This document shows, piece after piece, positions 1 to 14,538 of a DNA stretch of 64,000 bases (positions are counted from its first letter, which is position 1; each line of letters opens with the position of its first letter). The translations under genes and the position numbers were made by a program. Below the pieces are notes generated by a model. The model did no database searches. It was not told where the DNA came from and was given only the letters and a program-made list of their open reading frames with translations. Source of the DNA: the human T2T-CHM13v2.0 reference genome, Homo sapiens; assembly GCF_009914755.1 (NCBI RefSeq), contig NC_060933.1; one strand, written 5' to 3'.

Positions 1-531
<531 letters not shown>

Positions 532-2115
532 TTATTACCAGCGAACAACTGGATATTTGAATTTTTAACAACTTTATTAAGCCGCATTTCAAAAACCATA
601 CAATTCACCTACTTAAAGTGTACAATTCAACAATATTTAGTATATTCACAGATACACACAACCATCACCATAGAACATTTTTATCATCTGAAAACAAAAC
701 CCTGTCTCCCTTAGCAATCAACCCACCCTCCCATCCGCCACCCCAAACCCCTAAGTAACCATTAATCTACTGTCTGTCTCAGTCAATTTTCTTGTTCTGG
801 ACATTTTATATGAATGGAATCATATAATATGTGATCTTTTGTGACTGACTTCTTTCACTTAGTATAATGTTTTCAAGGTTCATCTATGTTGTAACATACA
901 TCATTCCTTTTTCTGGCTGAATAACATTTCATTGTATGGATTTAATACATTTTGTTTACCCAATCATCAGTTTATGTACATTTGCATTGTTTCCATCTTT
1001 GGCTTATTGTGAACAATGCTGCTATAAACATTAGTGTATGAATTTTTATATGGATATATGCCATTTTTTCTCCTGGGTTTATACCTAGGAATAGAATTGC
1101 TGGTTACCATATGACACAACTATTTACCATATGAAAACTATGCTTAATAGAGTTATTATGTAAAGAATTGCCAGACTGTTTTCCAAAACAGCATCATCTT
1201 ACATTCCTATCAGCAGTTTATGAAGGCTCAGTTTCTCCACATCCCTGCTATCTGATTTTTTTATTCTAGCCATCTTAGTGGGTATGAAGTCATATCACAT
1301 TGTGGTTTTGGTTTGGTTTGGTTTGGTTTCCCTGATGACTAATTATGGTGAGCATCTTTTAATGTTCTTATTATCTATTTGCATACCTTCCTTGAAAAAA
1401 TGCCTACTCAGATCCTTTGCCCATTTAAAATTGGTTTATCTCTTTATGATTGAGTAGTAAGAGCTCATTATGTATTCTAGATATAAGTAATTAGATATAT
1501 AATTTGCAAACATTTTCTATTATTATGTATATATCATATTATCTATCTTTTTACTTTTGTGCTGATGTACTTTGAAGCACAAAATTTTTTAATATTTTTT
1601 CTTTTGTTGCTTATGTTTGGTATTGCACCTAAGAATCCTTTGTTAAATCAAAAGTCATGAAGATCAATCCTTGTGTTTCCTTCTAAGAGTTTTATAGTTT
1701 TAGCTTTTACATTTCAGTTTTTTATTCATTTTGAGTTAGTGTTTTGTAACTTATGCCAGTACCACACTGTCTTGATTATTATTGCTTTGTAGTAAGTTTT
1801 AAAGTTGAGAAGTACAAGTTCTCCTGCTTTGTTCTTTTTCATGATTGTTTTGTTTTGCTTTGTTTTGCTTTGCTTTCAGATTTTTTGCATATCCACATGC
1901 ATTTTAGAATCAACTTGTCAACCTCTACAAATAAATCTGCTTAGGATTCTGATAAGGATTGTGTTAAATTTATAGATCAGTATGAAGAGTATTGCCATAT
2001 TAACAATGTTAAGTATTCCAATCCATGAACATAGGATGTTTTTCTAATTATTTAGATCATCTTAATTTTTTTCAACAATATTTTATAGTTTGTAGAGTAT
2101 AAGTTTTATGCTTCA

Positions 2116-2795
<680 letters not shown>

Positions 2796-4928
2796 TTAAA
2801 TACTTAAGATTAAATATAACAAAAAAGTGCTAAGACACACTTTTGTTAAATTTAATCTTATGTATTTTATGCTTATCTTAATTTCATTTTCATATTGTTC
2901 ATTGCCACAATATAGAAATACAATTGATTTTTGTACATAGATCTTGTACCCCACAACCTTGCTTACCTCATTTATTAGTTGTAATAACTTTTTAGTGGGT
3001 TTCTTAGAACTTTCTAGATACAAGATCATGTCATCTACAAATACAGATAGTTTTACATCTTCCTTCCCAGTTGGGATGCCTTTTACTTCTTTCCCTTGCC
3101 TAATTGCCCTGACTAGACTCTCCAGAACAGCGTTGAATAGAAGTTGCTGGAACAGACTTATCTTCATGATCTTAGGAGAAAAGCATTAAGTTTTTCACTA
3201 TTAAGTATGATATTGTCAGTGGATTTTTTGTTGATGCATTTTATCAAGTTAAGGAAGTTCATTTGTATTCATAATTTGTTGAGAGGTTTTTTTTTCTCAT
3301 GGATGGGTGTTGGATTTTATCAAATGCTTTCCCTGTGTCTATTGAGATGGGCATATGAGTTTTGTTTTTTATTCCATTGATAAAATGTATTATGTTAATT
3401 GATTTTCAGATGTGAAGCCAACCTTGCTTTATAAATCACACTTAGTGTGATGTATAATTATTTTTATGTGTTGCTGGATTTGGTTTACTACAATTTTGTT
3501 GAGGATTTTTGCATTTGTATTAATAAAAGATACTGGTTTATAGTTTTCCTGAGATGTTTGGGCTCACAAAATGAGTTTGGAACTTTTCCCAACTCTTCTA
3601 TTTTTTGGAAGAGTTTGTGGGAAAATCGTATTAATTCTTCACTGAATGTTTGGTAGAGTTAGCAGTGAAGCCATCTGGGCCTGGATTTTCCTTGGTGAAT
3701 AGATTTTTTTATGATTATTAATTCAATCTCCTCCCTTGCTATAGTTCTATTCAGATTGCCATTTCTTTTTTAGTCAGTTTTAGTAGCTTGTGTTTTTCTA
3801 ACCATTTGTTCACTTTATCTAAGTTATCTAATTTGTTGGTATACAATTGTTCATAGCTTTCCTTTATAATCCTTTTTGTTTATGTTAGACTAGTAATAAT
3901 GTCTCCTTTTTTGTTTCAGTAAGTTTTTGCTCCTTTTTTTTCTTGGCCAATCTAGCTAAAGATTTATCAAACCTGTTGATTTTTCCAAAGAACAAACTCT
4001 ATTGCTTTTTTATTTATGCTTTCACTAATTTCCTCTGTAATATTTTTTATTTCCTCTCTTTTTTTGCTTTGGATTTATTTTGCTTTTTTTCCCAGTGTCT
4101 TAGGTGGAAGTTTAGGTAATTCATTTGAGCTCTTTCTTCTTTCTTAATATAGGCATTTATAGCTATAAATTTCTCTCTAAACACTACTTTAGGTGCATCT
4201 CATACATTTTTGTATGTTATGTCTTTATATTCATTCATCTCTTAGTATTTTCCAATTTCCCTTTTGATTTATTGTTTGACCCATTGGCTATTTAGAAGTG
4301 TGTTGTTTATGTTATATTTATTTTTGAGTTTCCAAATTTTTTTCTGTTATTTATTTCAAATTGCATTTTACTGCAGTCAGAAACCATACTTTGTATTCTT
4401 TATATAATTTCAAATTTATTGAGGTTTGTTTTACAGGTTAGTATATTGTCTATTATGGAGAATATTCAATGTGCCCCTGAGAGGAATATATATTCTGTGT
4501 TGTTGGGTGGAGTTCTATAGGTGTCTGTTAGTTCTAGTTGGTTTATAGTGTCATTCAAGTCTTCTATTTCCTTGTTGATCTGTCTAGTTATTCTTTTCAG
4601 TATTGAAAGTAGGGTACTGAAGTCTTCAGCTGCTTTTCTTGATTTGTCTTTTTTTTTTCATTTCTGTCAGTTTTGCTTCATGTATTTTAGTGCTCTGTTA
4701 CTAGTGCTTATGTTGGCATAATTGTTATAACTTATTGATGTGTTGACCCATTTATCTTTATAAAATATCCCTTTTTATCTCTAGTAACTTCTTTTGTTAC
4801 AAAGTCTACTTTGATATAACTATTAAGATTCTCTAGCTTTCTTGGGGTTTCTGTTTGCATAATGTATCTTTTTTATCTTTGACTTTCAACATATTTGTAT
4901 ATTTGAATCTAAAATGTGTCTCCTTTAG

Positions 4929-4981
4929 AAATCGTGCCATTGCACTCCAGCCTGGGCAACAGAGCAAGACTCCATCTCAAA

Positions 4982-5021
<40 letters not shown>
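4929..5021 (+). mobile_element. Severely 5'-truncated Alu with (TAAA)n tail
   Basis: Only last ~50 nt of Alu right arm; perfect 19-bp TSD TAAAATGTGTCTCCTTTAG at 4910-4928 and 5022-5040. Confidence 0.9.
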
Positions 5022-5024
<3 letters not shown>

Positions 5025-5512
5025 AATGTGTCTCCTTTAGGTAGCATATACTTGGATAATTTTCAGTCCCAATCTGACAATCTCCACCTTTGATGTGGAT
5101 TGTTTGTGTGTTTAGTCATGTTTAAACTTATTATTGATATAGTTGAATTTATGTCTGCCATTTTATTTTTTATTTTTTATATGTCATGTTATTTTTATTC
5201 AATTTCTTGTTTATTGCTTTATTTGAATTTGGCAAATATTTTTAATGCTGCATATTAATTTATTTAATGCATTTTTCACTATATTTTGAGGGACTTTTTA
5301 GTGGTTACTCTAGGGATTGCTATATACATCTCAAAATATACAAATCAGCTTCAGATTGATACCAGCTTATTTCCAGTGATACAGAGAAATGTTAGTCTAT
5401 ACAGCTTTCTTCCTTTTCCTTATTTTTGTGGTATTATTATGGCTATGCATATTATTTATCTTAATGTTATAAGCCCAACAATAAGTTATTATAATTAGTG
5501 CTTTAACATCTG

Positions 5513-6590
5513 TGTTGCGGGAAGTCAGGGACCCCAAACGGAGGAACCGGCTGAAGCCATGACAGAAGAACGTGGATTGTGAAGATTTTATGGACATTTA
5601 TTAGTTCCCCAAATTAATACTTTTGTAATTTCTTATGCCTGTCTTTACTGCAATCTCTAAACATAAATTGTAAAGATTTCATGGACACTTATCACTTCCC
5701 CAGTGAATACCCTTGTGATTTCCTATGCCTGTCTTTACTTTAATCTCTTAATCCTGTCAGCCTAGAAGGATGTATATCGTCTCAGGACCCTGTAATAATT
5801 GCGTTAACTACACAAATTGTACAGCATGTGTGTTTGAGCAATATGAAATGTGGGCACCCTGAAAAAAGAACAGGATAACAGCAATTGTTCAGGGAATAAG
5901 AGAGATAACCTTAAACTCTGACCGCCGGTGAGCCGGGCAGAACAGAGCCATATTTCTCTTCTCTCAAAAGCAAATGGGAGAAATATCGCTGAATTCCTTT
6001 TCTCAGCATGGAACGTCCCTGAGAAAGAGAATGCGCACCTAGGGGTAGGTCTCTGAACTGCCCCCCCCCACCCACCCCGGGCATACCTGTCTCTTATGGT
6101 CGAGATTGCAGAGGTGAAATAAACTCCAGTCTCCCATAGCGCTCCCAGGCTTATTAGGAAGAGGAAATTCCCGCCTAATAAACTTTGGTCAGACCGGTTG
6201 ATCTCAAAATCCTGTCTCCTGATAAGATATTATCAATGACAATGGTGCCAAAACTTCATTAGCAATTTTAATTTCACTTCGGTCCTGTGGTCCTGTGATC
6301 TCGCCCTGCCTCCACTTACCTTGTGATATTCCATTACCCTGTTAAGTACTTGATGTCTGTCACCCACACGTATTCGCACACTCCCTCCCCTTTTGAAACT
6401 CCCTAATAAAAACTTGCTGGTTTTTGTGGCTTGTAGGGCATCACGGATCCTACCAATGTGTGATGTCTCCCCCGGACGCCCAGCTTTAAAATTTCTCTCT
6501 TTTGTACTCTGTCCTTTTATTTCTCAAGCCAGTCGACGCTTAGGAAAATAGAAAAGAACCTACGTGAGTATCGGGGCAGGTCCCCCGATA
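5513..6590 (+). mobile_element. MER11 solo LTR (HERV-K HML-8 / HERVK11), ~1.08 kb
   Basis: Starts TGTTGCGGGAAGTCAGGGACCCC, ends GGTCCCCCGATA, AATAAA at ~6405, 6-bp TSD CATCTG (5507-5512, 6591-6596). Confidence 0.92.
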
Positions 6591-6789
6591 CATCTGTAGT
6601 TATGTTTTTAGTTCAATCAACTTTGCTCCCAAACACCTCCTTTGTGCTGCTATTGGCAAGCATATGATGCATATGCTGTATTTCTATATGGTCCAGGCCC
6701 AACAATACATCATATAAATATTATTTACACCATTGTTATTTAAATCAGTTAAGAGATGAAAGGACAAAAATTTGCATCTATGCTATTTT

Positions 6790-6882
6790 TTTTTTTTAAA
6801 TCAGTGTTGACCAGGTTGGCCTCAAACATGCAACCTCGCCTCCCCGAGTGCCAGAGCAACCAGCCTGAGCCACAGCGGCTCC
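6790..6882 (-). pseudogene. Retrocopy of a snaR-related (CAS/ASR-type, Alu-left-monomer-derived) Pol III small RNA
   Basis: Minus strand GGAGCCGCTGTGGCTCAGGCTGGTTGCTCTGGCACTCGGGGAGGCGAGGTTGCATGTTTGAGGCCAACCTGGTCAACAC + A-tail; TSD CTATGCTATTTTT. Confidence 0.75.
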
Positions 6883-9639
6883 CTATGCTATTTTTTATAA
6901 TTACGTAATTACCTTTACTAGTGTTCTTTGTTTGCTCACGTGGGCTTGAATGACAGTCCTGAGGCACTTGATTTCAATCTGAAAAATTTTGCTTTAGAAT
7001 TTCTTGTAAAGTGTAATCTGCTAGCAATAAATTCTTTTTGTTTATCTTGAAGAGTCTTCAATTTTCCCTGATTTCTGAAAGATGCATTTCTGAATATAAG
7101 ATTCTCGTTTGACAATTTTTTTTCCTTTAAGAACTTTGAATATGTTATCCCACTGTCTTCTGACCTCTGTTGCTTCTGCTGAGAAGTAAGCTGTTAGTCT
7201 TACTGGGGTTTCCTTCTAAGTGACCCGTTATTTCTCTCTCACTGCTTTCCAGATTTTCTTCTTGCCTTTGACTTTCAGCACTTTTACTATGATGTGTCTG
7301 TGGAACTGTTTGTAGATTTAACCTGTTGGAGTTCATTGAGTTTCCTGGATGTGTGGGTTATTGTTTTTCAGTAAATATGGAAAGTCTTCAGGGATTATTT
7401 CCTTAAATATATGTTCTGTTCTTTCTCTCTCTTTTCACTTTCAGGTAGTCCTATTATGCCTATCTTGCTGCATTTACTGGTGTCCCACAATTTTCTTAGG
7501 CTCTGTTCATTTTTCTTTATTCTTTGTTCTTTTGGCTGGCATAATTTTTATCAATCCGTCTTTAAGCTTGCTTATTCTTTCCTATGCTGGCTCAAATCTA
7601 CTACTGAACCTGTCCAGTGAGTTTTTTATTTTGGTTATTGTACTTTTCAATTCCAAAATTTTTATTTTTTTATAATACCTATATCTTTACTGATATTTTC
7701 TATTTAATGCAAAATTGTCATCATACCTTCCTTTACTCCTTTAATTATGGTTTCATTTAGTTTTGTAAATATGTTTATAATGTCTACCTTGAAGTCTTTG
7801 TCTGATAAATATAATATCTGATTACTGTCATGGGTAATTTCTGCTGCCTGCTTTTGTTTCAATATATGACTCACACAGTCTTGGATTTGAACACCTTGTA
7901 ATTTTTTATTGGATATGGGATATTTTGTATAATATATTGTAGCAACTTTGAATACTAGTGCCCTCCCCCAACCCCCAGGCTTATTCTAATTTCCTGGTTT
8001 ATTTGTTTAGTGATTGACTGTATTATTTTAATGAAGTCTATGCCACCACACACACCCACTTCTGATGTTGCTCCTCTGGGAGGTTCAGCTTTAGCTTTAC
8101 AAACCTGGAATGACAGTGGTTTTGGTAGGGCTGTCTTCCTCTGACCACACCCAGTTGTTAAACCCCACTAATTTCCAGCTGATTAATCCATTATTAACAA
8201 TTCCCTTAGGCATAAATTGTTCTACAAACTAACCCAATCAAATTCTGGCTCCTTTGAAGAAACAGTTTCTGAAGTCACTGTTTGATATGTGTTCTGACAC
8301 TATGAGGGCCCTTCCCAGATGTCTTCTTCCCCAGTTCTCTCCTGCAAACTAGAAGGCCTACAGTTTAGCCTAGATCTTGACCTGCCTCCCAATCATCTTT
8401 CACCACAATTTTCACTGTTCTTGAGAGAATCCTTGAGCTTGAACTCTTTTATCCTCTTTTGCAAATGAAGTAAGTTCCTTTAGGAAGAGATTAGGAGCTG
8501 TCTGTTTTATGGCCTGCTTCTGCCTTCCAGCCAGAGCTTTGACTCTGGGGGCTAGGACAATGGCAAGCTTCTCTCCCAGGGACACTTTCATTTCAGGTTC
8601 TGAATGCCCAGTGGAGGCAGGGCAGAAGCCTGGGGTCCTCTTGGTCCTTACATCTCCTGATGTGGAACAACTTCCAGTCAGCTGGAGCAAGGGTGATTAT
8701 GGCACCACCCTTCTCAGCATGCCATGCCAAGGTAGAGTCTCCATTCCAAAAGTAGGGGCTGGGTGAAAGAATGGAGCCCCCATTACCTCATGGCACTTGC
8801 TCAGAACTTGGAAAGGGGTAACAGGAGAAGATTGCAAGGGGACAAGAGAAAACCTTTGGGTGATTATGTCAATTGTGGTGATGGTTTAATAGAGGTATAC
8901 TAAAACTTAACAAAAATCCTATACATCAATAAAACTGCCAAAATTGCAGAACATAACTTAGGGGGAGATATTTCTAATATAATAAAGAGTTAGTATAAGA
9001 AAAGTTCATACCAAAGGAAGGGAGAAACAAGATACTAAAATAGGAATAAATTCAGTCATGAACTCAGGTATCTTCCATCTGTATCTCTAGATAGAAATCT
9101 TGGTTGCAGAGGAGGTAGAATAATGGCAGAATGCCTGGAAGAGAGCTTAGCATTCACCATGTACTTGTTAATGTTTATTGAGTAAATGTTTGTTGAGTTT
9201 GTTGCCCTTGGGAAGTTACTTTCACACCCATCACTCCCCTAGGGTCAGTTTCCCTCTAACACCACCATGATAAACAGCCTTTGATCACAACAGGAAGTCA
9301 TATTGCATTAGACTCAAGAGTCATTCAGCACATCTTCCTTACATTGCCTTCGTCATAATAACGAAGAATGCCGACCCATTACATAGACACAATATAGCAA
9401 TAATATTTAGCGCCTTATCTTTTTCTAAATCTGACCATCTCAAAATGGAGATGATAGGTTCCATATACCTTCCATGTATTTCCAGTTTTAAGAAGCTTTA
9501 AGAAGTTGAGAATAATTTTTAAAGAAATTACATTAGTTAATAATTTTCCATGACTTGGCTCCTACTGGAGCCTTTCAATTCTACATGCGTCTTTTTTCTC
9601 AGCCAGGCTGGTCTCTGTGTTGCTCTAACCATGCCTCAT

Positions 9640-9830
9640 TATAGTAATAGCCGTCATTTCACATAATCTAATGAACACCATGCACATCATACACACTTCA
9701 CATATGTCAGCAAAAATCCTCACATCCACCCTCAAAGGCATTAATTATTCCCCATTTTACAAATGTGAAAATTGGTGATCAGAGAAATTAACTAACTTGC
9801 CCAAACTCTCTCAACAAGTAAAAAGTTTCT
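9640..9830 (-). mobile_element. MIR
   Basis: TTATTCCCCATTTTACAAATGTGAAAAT...TAACTTGCCCAA core. Confidence 0.75.
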
Positions 9831-10090
9831 GTCTGACCCTCCAAACATATACCATTGGGCTCTCTCTCTGTCTGATGTTCAGATTTTTGTCTCTGCCTTT
9901 TTCCTCCTGCCATTTCCTTAGTTTGGATCTTCCTTTCTCTCTTTCTTTCAAGGTCCTGCCTTCAGCACAAACCCTTCTCCAACAGTCCAGGCCCCAGGCT
10001 CCTCCAAGTACAGCTTGCCAATTCCTTGTCTGGCAAGGGAAAAGGAGGGAGAGAGAGAGAGAAATGGGGGTCAGAAGTGAAGCCATTAGA

Positions 10091-10444
<354 letters not shown>

Positions 10445-10969
10445 TCAAGAAAAGGAGATGAAACTTTGTCTCCTCTGCTTTTCAAAATGCTGTAGCCTGA
10501 TCTTGCTTTTGAGAGCAGGTAAGGAAGATGGGCAAGCAGAGGAAGGAAACGTGTTGGGTGGAAGATTCTTCTTCACCCAGAAATGGCTTCAGCACTCACC
10601 AGGACCAGAACCCAGGCTTTGTAGGGCAGGAATGAAGGGCGCTAGCCAATTTCCTTAGCCTCTGCTTCACACAGCTGTGGGATTACTGATTTCTTTGTCC
10701 ATTTTGTTAATTAAACTAAAAATAATTTGCCATCATCCATCATGCTTTCAAGAGATAGTCTTTAGCTATGAGCATCTGATTTGGAGTAGCAGAGGAAATG
10801 CACACTCTGTTAATCAAATTTCAAAAACCAGAATCCAGTGGGACCTTTGGGCCAGCAAAGTGGGGCTAAAGCATATATGCCCTGTTGCTGCACTTAGGTA
10901 GTGAACCACTTGAGGAAAAGAACTGCTTTGAAAATCTTTATTTCCTGAATCTGCAGAGGAGGCCAGGAG

Positions 10970-11100
10970 AACTTTCTAGGGATGAGGGTGATGTTCTATA
11001 TCTTGATAGAGGTGGTGTTTACACAGATATATAGCTGTCAAGTCATCAAATTGTACACTTAAGATCTGTACTTTTTACTGCAGGTAAATTCTACCTTATT
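10970..11100 (+). mobile_element. L1ME-like 3' end fragment
   Basis: GTTCTATATCTTGATAGAGGTGGTG...TGTACACTTAAGATCTGTAC typical L1ME terminus. Confidence 0.7.
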
Positions 11101-11109
11101 ATGGCTAAT

Positions 11110-11316
11110 GGAAAGAAAGAAGGAAAGTAGAAGGGAAGGAAGAGGGAGGGAGGGAAGGAAGGAAGGAAGGAAGGAAGGAAGGAAGGAAGGAAGGAAGGAA
11201 GGAAGGAAGGAAGGAAGAGGAGGGAGGGAAAAGAAAGGAACAGAAAGGAAGAGGAGGGGAAGGGAAGGGAGAGGGGAAGGGAGGGGAGGGGAAGAAAGGG
11301 GAGGGGAGAGAAAAAG
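11110..11316 (+). repeat. (GGAA)n / GA-rich low complexity
   Basis: Perfect GGAA run within a purine tract. Confidence 0.95.
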
Positions 11317-11349
11317 AATCCTCCCACTTCTGTAAATGTAGGTTTGCTG

Positions 11350-11700
11350 TATTAGAAATCCTGGTTCCCATTGGGCAGTGCTTCTGTCCAGGAGCCAAGT
11401 AAGGATTCTGCTGCACCTGCAGCTGCAAATGCCACCTGGGCACTTTGGGCTGCTCTTACCTGTGAGCCCGCACGTGGTGAAAAGACTAACTGCATGATGG
11501 ACTAATTGACCCTGACTGTCATGAGAAGATGGTGCTGCCACAAGTGTGAATGGGAGGAGAAGATCTGGAATGCAGGGAGTCAGTGGACCTCTCTTGAGGC
11601 TTCTGTGTGACAAACAAGAAATTGCAGCCATTCTGAGCTTCAATGAGAGTAGGTAGAAAGGGGTTGCTGTGCTGGATAGTGAAAAGCCAAGATGACCATC
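11350..11700 (+). mobile_element. ERV-L internal fragment (degenerate dUTPase region)
   Basis: Translates LQLQMPPGHFGLLLP... then frameshift ...IDPDCHE, resembling ERV-L dUTPase LPPGHFGLL...VIDPDY. Confidence 0.65.
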
Positions 11701-12961
11701 TGAAGGTCAGTCAAAGGCTTCTTGTCAAGAAGCTTCCAGGTTTCCTGATGAGATGTAGCTTGAGAGTCACTTCCTTTCCAATGGACAAAGTGATGGAACA
11801 AGTGACCTATTGTAGAATTAGTCTGAGGGTTTCACCTACATTTGCCATTATCCTGGCACACCCTCTCCATCTCAGGGCTGCGCCACCTTTTTGTGTCTGT
11901 CTGATACAGGCTAATTGCTCTCTGTGTACATAGGCAGAACAGGTTACTGTAACAAGTAGAGACTGCTATGGAGATTTCATTAAGGTTGACTCATTCATTT
12001 CAACTGGCCAGGAGCGTCAGACCATATCCCAGAACACTCAGGCATTCTCAAGTACTAACAAATAATCCCTGTAAATCACTCACTTCCACAAAAGTTTAAA
12101 ATAAAAATAGAGGTAGAGGAATCTTTCTCCAACTTTTTCCTGATGCTCTTTTCTATTCTAGTGTGATCCTGCTCTATGTTTTCCAATCTCATCATTCTTG
12201 TTCATTGCTGGTCCACTCAGTCCTTTTAAGTCAACAGTTATAAGTGTGCTTACATTCTATTAGAATGAGATCTGATGACAGGGCTTATCTAAGGCTGAAG
12301 TCCCTCAAGGACTTCCCTTCCCCAATCTCTCTCACACATCAATAAGAGCCACAGGAGTGGCTTTATTATGTGAATTTATTGTGCCTTCTCTTGAAGAATA
12401 TCATCCAATGCTGTTTTAAAATTGTATCTTTCAAATGCCATTTGAAATGGTTATAAGGCATAGAACAATGTAAGCTATGGCATTTGCTAATAAGCATTAG
12501 CATGGAGCCATATGCTCCCAAAATATATTACACTTTCCACAAGGAAGTCAGAGACAGAGTTTATCAAGGATAGATACCATACTTCTTTATTCCCTAATAG
12601 CTATAGCTATATCCTTAGGGTTCTATGCTATTTTTATTTTGAAACTCTTAAATATGCAGTCTATTTCATCCCATAAACATATTAAAGACTAAATTTACCA
12701 CAGGTTGTCAGACTAGAAAAAGATGAATGAGACTCTCTAAAGGCAGGCAAGCTCACTAAAAAAATATTACCCAAATGAAAACTCTGGGCAACAGAATAGT
12801 AAAGCAACACTCTTTAATGTTACTTGATCATTTGGTCACTAATTCCAGAGGATATTTGGTAAAATGTTCAACAGATAATCTGTTAAATGAGATGAAAGCC
12901 TGGGTTTGAGAAATAAAAGTGCTCTCTAAAGTTGTTTGAGTGGAAACTGTAGGGAAATAAT

Positions 12962-13271
12962 GAGAGAGAGAGAGAAGAAGAAGAAAAGAAGAAGAAGAAG
13001 GAGAAGGAGAAGGAGAAGAAGAAGAAGAAGAAGAAGAAGAAGAAGAAGAAGAAGAAGAAGAAGAAGAAGAAAAAGAAGAAAAAGAGGAGAAGAAGAAGAA
13101 GTAGCAGAGGAGGGGAGGAGGAGAAGGAAGAGGCAGAGGAGGAAGAGGCGGAGGAGGAGGAAGAGGAGGGGGAGGAAGAGGAGGGGGAGGAAGAGGTGGA
13201 GGAGGAGGAAGAGGAGGGGGAGGAAGAGGAAGAGGAGGGGGAGGAAGAGGAGGGGGAGGAGGAGAAAGAGA
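12962..13271 (+). repeat. (GAA)n plus (GAG/GAGGAAGAGGAGGGG)n purine tract
   Basis: ~19 uninterrupted GAA units at 13015-13071 within ~310 bp purine-rich tract. Confidence 0.95.
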
Positions 13272-13608
<337 letters not shown>

Positions 13609-13777
13609 TTAAAAAGGGTCTTTCTTTTTTTTTTTTTAACTTCTCTCTGGGAGTTTCCAGAAACCTCTTTTTTCCTTTGGTGCTCATAAATTTAATGAGC
13701 ATGTATATCAGTTGGGGCCATTTCTCATTCACTGCACTCAGGAATCAGCATGCCCTTTCAATAGGGGATTCATATCA

Positions 13778-14155
<378 letters not shown>

Positions 14156-14427
14156 TCACTCTTTCTGAAAAGCCTGATGAATTGGTTTTCTATACTTCCT
14201 TTGCTTCTCTAATATTTTCCTTCTTTTTGCTCTGACTCTAAGGAGCTCATTGGATTTTCCAGGCCTTCTATTGAAATTTTTTTTAAATCCTAATTTTTCT
14301 TTATTAAAGATCTCAGTTTTTTTGTCACATTTTTGTAACATCTTGCTCTTGTTATCTAGATATGTTTCCAAAATCTCTTTTAATTCATCAATTAAGGGGA
14401 TTTTTAATGTCTTCGGATTCTCTTCTT

Positions 14428-14538
14428 CTTTTGCTGTCAGTTTTTCTGTTGCTTGTCTTGGTTTTATGCCTTTTATATCAAGGCACATAAAAGGCATAAA
14501 ACCAAGACAAGCAACAAAAAAAGGATTGATCACAGAAG
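14428..14538 (+). ncRNA. MIR3910-1: microRNA 3910-1 stem-loop; mature AAAGGCAUAAAACCAAGACA at 14490-14509
   Basis: Perfect 30-bp stem (14447-14476/14487-14516), 10-nt loop; sequence matches recalled miR-3910 mature and 111-nt precursor. Confidence 0.85.
14441..14522 (-). ncRNA. MIR3910-2: microRNA 3910-2 stem-loop (antisense read of the same palindrome); mature at 14454-14473 minus
   Basis: Palindrome yields an identical mature sequence on the minus strand. Confidence 0.8.

Noticed and set aside
5570-5750. Internal direct repeat TGTRAAGATTTYATGGACA...ATGCCTGTCTTTACT
   Set aside because: Intrinsic feature of the MER11 LTR, not a separate element
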